Source: Bipalium vagum (taxonomy: Eukaryota). Taken from it: a stretch of 40,849 nucleotides of DNA. The number at the start of each line of letters is the position of its first letter. Positions within the stretch are counted from its first letter, which is position 1. The stretch covers positions 1 to 40,849 of the forward strand of contig JBBMKC010021410.1 in the NCBI GenBank assembly GCA_037834085.1. The letters are read 5' to 3'. Under the pieces are notes generated by a model. That model had not been told where the DNA came from. It did not search any database and saw nothing but the letters and a program-made list of their open reading frames with translations. Shown here piece by piece: positions 35,619 through 40,849 of this stretch. The translations under genes were made by a program, and so were the position numbers.

Positions 35619-36699
35619 CTAAAGAGCAATATTTTAAAACCAGAAAATGGATCAAATATTAACAGTTAAGGACGAAAATATATGTTAATGGTTATGTGGC
35701 TTGAGATTTGTCCAGTTATTTTGATGTCATAAAATAATTGAATTTTTTAAAAATTAATAATATATTTATATTAATAATATTATTATAATAATATTTCATT
35801 TCAGATGTGAATAATTAAAGTTTTATATATGATTCCGATAAAGGAATGCTTAGAGATAATTAATAAGAAAAGTTAAACTGGCATTTACATCTACAGTTGA
35901 ATGAACTGGTCCTTGAAGAGAATGACTACTTGATTACAACGTTACTGATTTTGATTCCAGATAAACGTTTTTAAATCATGTATAATTTTGATAAGATATG
36001 GAATTATACGTTCTGGTGAAATTCAAAGATTCAATTAAAAGATAAGAAGTTTTAGCTTATGAGAAAAAAGATCATAGGTAGAAAAACAAAAATTAATTAT
36101 GGAAAAATTTTTATAACAGTCATTTACGGAATGCCAGTAACATACGAACATGGATGGACTGAACGGACTAAAGAGATATTGATACATTAAAAAATTGTAT
36201 TGTAAAAGTAGAAAAGTTTTAAAAATATATAAAAATAGAAGACCGAAACATAATGTACATGAATATGGTAATGTAGTCAATAAGTAATTAAAGAGGAAAT
36301 TGTACCAAAGATTTGTAACAGACTGAATATTTAAAGACTTTCCGTTAATAATGATATTACCTTTTGTTCATCTACATATGTATATACGATATGTTATTTA
36401 AAGTTTTTTACAAATTCTGAAAATATTAAGACATGATTTTTTCATATCTTTTCCATTTTACCTTGAAACATAGGCGAGGAAATAAATTATTTTTCCATAC
36501 ATGCTGCAAATTATTCCTTTTAAAGAGTAAATTTTTTAAACTAAACAAGTCTTCTGCATTTATCTACAAAAGTTTCAGATAGTTATGTTTGATGTCTCGA
36601 AACAACTCAGACGCTTCGGAGGTCAATAAGATTTTCTATTATTAATAAACTTAAAATAAACATATTTTAGAATATTAGTTTAGCTTCATTTATTTTAAT

Positions 36700-37192
36700 A
36701 ATCTGAGGAGTTGAGATATAAAACATTCAAAAATCAAGTCATAATAAAACAGTAATGCTTAAGAGTCGGTTTGAAAACCAATGACTATAGAAAGAATTCG
36801 TTTTTAGTAACCCCATTGTCTGACAAATGAAAACTTTTGCACACGGCTTATAAAATAATCAATCATTACGAAAGGTGGTACAAAAGAATAAGACAATAGT
36901 TCGTTCAGATAACAAGTTTAACCATCATTTCACAGCTGAAATGAAAATTTTAAAGAAATGTTATTAGAAAGGGGACAAAATATTTATCACATTGCAAATA
37001 TCACAAATTTTTTCTGAAGAATTATCAAAAATGATAAATGCAAAAAATATTTTAAAAACGTAAGACTTTAATCTCATGCTTACTAGGCCTTAGGCAAAGA
37101 TTTGTAGTCTACAAAAGGTAACTGAATTTAGGTGCATAAACTTAAGAAAAAAATTCTTCAAATATCACAGCTTATTTAGTAACCCATCTGTA
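36700..37192 (+). mobile_element. Very decayed Tc1-like relic
   Basis: Weak motifs (PLSDK, W...IVRSD.KFN) and a TIR-like end ...TTATTTAGTAACCCATCTG-TA. Confidence 0.3.
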
Positions 37193-37693
37193 TTTCAGTT
37201 TTTTATTACTGTTTTTATTTTTAATAAATTTCTTGTCTTTTTTTAAAAGTTTTAGTCATTTATTCTTAAAAAAATGCTTCGAGTAAATATGGACATTAAA
37301 AATAATTCAGTTCTCCAAGTTAATCAATATGAGACTAACAAGTGAGAAAATATTAAGGACACAAGAGGAATTAGAAAAATTAAAATAAGAAATGAGTTCT
37401 CTTTTAAAATATAGAAGGACATGTATTGTCAAACAAAAAATATAATCCAAACCATTACGATTAAGAAATCATCCATAAATAACTTTTGAACATGAAAACC
37501 ACAGCGTTGTTGAAGAAGTTCTAAATATAAACTTCAATGCTTTTGAGGATTATTTGGTGTTGTAAGATTAATAAACAAATTATATAAGAGAAATAAAACA
37601 AAAATAAAGAAAATGGACTACTCTCAATGGAGTTGGGTATTCATTAAATATAAAAGATTTTTAATAACATTCAGGTAACTATGGTTTTTTATA

Positions 37694-38605
37694 CAGGGTG
37701 GTCAATATGTTTCTTTTCTACTTAAAAAGTTAACTTTTTTATTTGTTGATATGCTTGTTTTAATTTATTAATTTTTAGACATTAGTTATGGGAGATTTAA
37801 AAATGAAACAATTTAAAATTCTATAGAGAACAAAAATTGTGTCATTGTTTTAGAAAATGGCCGATCAATTGTTGTCACTCGAAATTCTCCAATAGCTCCT
37901 ACTATTCGTGTTTTGTAGCCAAATTTGAGCAGTATTGGAACGCTGGAGATCGGAAGCGTGCAGCAGACCTCGTTCAGGAAGATCTACTGATCTACCATGT
38001 CGCACAATTTTTCAGATTTTAAAAAACACTTTTACATCCGAATAAAATCCAATTAGACAAAACTCCATCCTGGTGATATAATATTGCGTTTAGATTTTTT
38101 TCATAATCTCGCCGCGAATGATCAATATTTTTTGGAAAATTTACTGATAAGTGACAAGGCAAACTTTCATCTAAGTGGCTTGTAAATAAATAAAACGTCA
38201 GATTTTGGAGTACTCATAATCTCAAGACAGTGCGGCAACGTTTACTACACCCATTTCGTGTAGCTGTTTGGTGTGAGATACCCTCGCACAAAATTTATGG
38301 ATCATATTTCTTTGAAAATGCTAAACGTGAAAGTTTTGCGATAAATGGAGATCACTACAGAACCATGCTTAAAGACTTCCTCTTCCCGCGAACATCAAGA
38401 ATCCTAAGATTTGGTTTCAACAAGATGGTGCAACGGCCCACACGGCTCATAAATCAATCAAATTGTTGCACAGAGAATTTCCTTCTTTCTACAAATCTTC
38501 TTACTTGTTTTTGTTCAACTCTAGGCAAAATCTTTCCGTTAATTTTTTCATTTCTTATTCATTATAAAAAATAAAATACAATCGTTCGGTTTATATGTCA
38601 CCCTG
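37694..38605 (+). mobile_element. Degenerate Tc3-like (DUF4817-type) Tc1/mariner element
   Basis: CAGGGTG...CACCCTG termini. The broken transposase has LHPNKIQL, ISDKANFHLSG, VRFWS, VAVWCEI..HKIYGSYFFE..INGDHYRTMLKDFLFP and WFQQDGATAHTA; the 3' part is deleted. Confidence 0.85.
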
Positions 38606-38825
38606 TTAGGTATATTTGATACCTTCAATCGATGATCTTTTAAAATTCTAATTTATACCATTTTTATTATACATTTTTTAAAAATAATAATTATTTTTAC
38701 TATTTCTATATATTATGTAGTGAGTAAAATTTAAAATATTTTAATAAGTAAAGAATTATTTATTTATCTCAGCGATTTATATTTTTGGCTACAATGATTT
38801 CTCATAAGTACATAAAGAATCTATG

Positions 38826-38856
38826 TATTAGGTTGGTACATAAGTTCCCGCGTTTT
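38826..38856 (+). mobile_element. Isolated mariner-type TIR
   Basis: TA-TTAGGTTGGTACATAAGTTCCCGCGTTTT is a typical mariner end; no matching partner seen. Confidence 0.55.
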
Positions 38857-39759
38857 TTAAAATTGTCATTCTTGCTTTTTTAATATAATTTACATTAGAA
38901 AAAATTTCCAGATTTCATCTCTTTCTAACATTACCTACAAGCCAAACTTAGTCACATAAAATATCATAGAGATAAGTACTAGCAAACAAATTATAAATAT
39001 TTTCATCAGACACGAAAGTACCAAATATTAAACCAAAAATTGAAAATTCTATTAATTATATAAATTCTAATAATTGAAAAAAATCTAACACAGAAAAAAG
39101 TATTGATATAGACTCGAATTAAGACTCAACACAATAAAAATATTTTTTGAATTTTAAACGTCGGTTGGGGGAAAAATAAATAAAGTAGGAGAAACCACAG
39201 GAAACCTCAACAAGAGACCAATAGATAAACAATAGCAATGGATGTTGACACATGAACACAGTTATTATTAATGGTGTTAAGTTGAATATCGTATTGAGTT
39301 CGATAAAAATGTGATTCTGATTTTATTAGATTGATTGATTCTCTAAAAATAGTCTTCATATTATCTTAATATTTATAAAACAATCGATATTGAAAATAAT
39401 CCTTAGATTTGGCATTAATGGGACACGTGAAAATTTTCAATGAATCTTAGCATCTTTGTATTATTATTATTATATTAAATATTTAAAAAATTATTTTTCG
39501 ATGTAAAAAGACTTAAAAGTAAAAACGACAAATTGGAATTAAAAGTTCATTAATACAATTATTTAACTATAACACTGTTATGACAAGAAATTTGCATTCA
39601 TAATTTTTAACAATATTTAATCGATTATGTTAAGTTATGTACCAAATCATTTTTTTAAAAATTCTGTCTAGCAGTTTTAAAGTTATTGACATTTGAATTA
39701 AAATTACATTTTTCAAATAAAATTACACAAATCCTTTGTTTTATCGAGCTATTTTATGC

Positions 39760-40100
39760 TTCGAAATCAAAGACGGATCTTTCAATGGACTTTATTAATG
39801 ACAAGCTATGCAATCATTTCGATCGAAATTCTGGGGATGTATTGGTGATGGAAAATTGCAGGTTCCATCAACGCAAAGATGTTATTAAGTTGCTGAAAGA
39901 ACGAGATATTGCTTACAGATTTCTGCGACCATACTCACATCAGCTAAAATTCGCAAATACTGTATCATCCTTTATGAAAACCATTATAGATCGGGACGAT
40001 TGATTACTCAAGTACTCATGCATAACGATATAGATTTAAGTGATTATTTTCGCAACATGAGGCGGTTTATAGAAAAACCTTGGCGAGACAATAATTTATT
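39760..40100 (+). mobile_element. Tc1/IS630-like DDE_3 transposase C-terminal fragment
   Basis: VLVMENCRFHQRKDVIKLLKERDIAYRFLRPYSHQL matches LVMDNxxFH...FLPPYSPxLNPIE, with decayed catalytic residues. Confidence 0.75.
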
Positions 40101-40117
40101 CAGTGTACATTTCCATT

Positions 40118-40192
40118 ATATATTTCTGAAAATTTTTCTATATATTTTGAATATTTTTCTATATATTTTGAATAATTTTCTGTATATTTCTG
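40118..40192. repeat. 21-bp tandem repeat (TATATATTTTGAATATTTTTC), about 3.5 copies
   Basis: Directly visible imperfect repeats. Confidence 0.8.
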
Positions 40193-40249
40193 CAAAACCC
40201 TGTAAGAACATGCAGAATTTTAATTTTTTTGATAACCGGCAGACGTGGA

Positions 40250-40630
40250 CATGAAATTCACCCAGACAAATTTTGCTATATATGTGCGTAATTTATTTAT
40301 GGCTTGAGGTGAAAATTCAGTAAGGTATTACGAGAAATCTATAGGAATTATTTCAAGACTAGTTGCTATGATGTCGACAAGAAATTCACGTCATCATTTC
40401 TTTTCGCAGCATGCCACAGGAATCTATAATGCTATAAACAAGATAGTACAAAGAAGTTTCCATTTCGTTGTCCTGCAATTTGGACTATCTGTTCAAGTCA
40501 CAAATATGGTACATGTTATTTCTGTACTATCCAGAAACCGTTTTTTAAAACATAAAGCAAACTATTTGACATTACTGATCGTCCAGATATTCATTTTAGT
40601 CCAGATTTACAATCAGTTAACGCGACAGTG
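40250..40630 (+). mobile_element. Chapaev-like (CMC) transposase N-terminal Cys-rich fragment, pseudogenised
   Basis: One frame with three stops: HPDKFCYICA*F...IYRNYF...DVDKKFT...ACHRNL*...FPFRCPAIWT..SH..TCYFC. This fits the PDxFCYICG...DQDK...PxIWREP..H..CYFC pattern. Confidence 0.65.
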
Positions 40631-40742
40631 AAAATGAATCAGATCATGAGAAAATTATAATATATTTCTAAAATTAAGTTTATCTCACAACAAGTACAAG
40701 GTAAATATAGTTTGAAACCTAATAGATATCTCGATAAGAATA

Positions 40743-40849
40743 TACAGTCAACTCTCATTATAAGGAACAGGTTAGGAAAACCAAAACGTGTCCTTTATAA
40801 CAAGGGTTACTTAAAACGAGGGATACCGATTAGATAAAAAAATGCTGTA
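40743..40849 (+). mobile_element. Left end of a pogo/Tigger-like element running out of the window
   Basis: TA-CAGTCAACTCTCATTATAAG followed by subterminal TATAAC/AACGAG motifs, typical of Tigger ends. Confidence 0.5.

Noticed and set aside
1-40849. CRISPR array, tRNA, rRNA or prokaryotic operon
   Set aside because: No repeat-spacer array, cloverleaf or rRNA-like conserved block was seen, and the genes carry spliceosomal introns.

Overview
This is very AT-rich eukaryotic genomic DNA, most likely from a fast-evolving animal with a compact gene structure. The taxon cannot be fixed from this window. It contains one 135-N assembly gap. I reconstructed spliced genes by hand across GT-AG introns, most of them 40-71 nt long. 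They are: the 3' part of a TBCK-like gene (TBC + rhodanese, + strand), a complete 4-exon TATDN1 nuclease gene (- strand), two tandem and highly divergent CoREST/RCOR-like ELM2-SANT-SANT paralogs (- strand) that the ORF track only shows as fragments, an orphan protein with an (EEESE)n tract, and a further partial spliced ORF near 35 kb. Most of the remaining sequence is decayed transposable elements: several mariner, pogo/Tigger, Tc3-like, DD37D-like, Tc1/IS630-like and Chapaev-like relics, a MITE, Gypsy integrase remnants, three copies of a solo-LTR-like repeat and (TAA)n microsatellites. The most interesting signals are the shrunken CoREST-like pair, a steep 5'-to-3' rise in GC inside genes, and recurring GC-richer hairpin islands, two of which start right after (TAA)n tracts. 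No prokaryotic-type system, CRISPR array, tRNA or rRNA could be supported.
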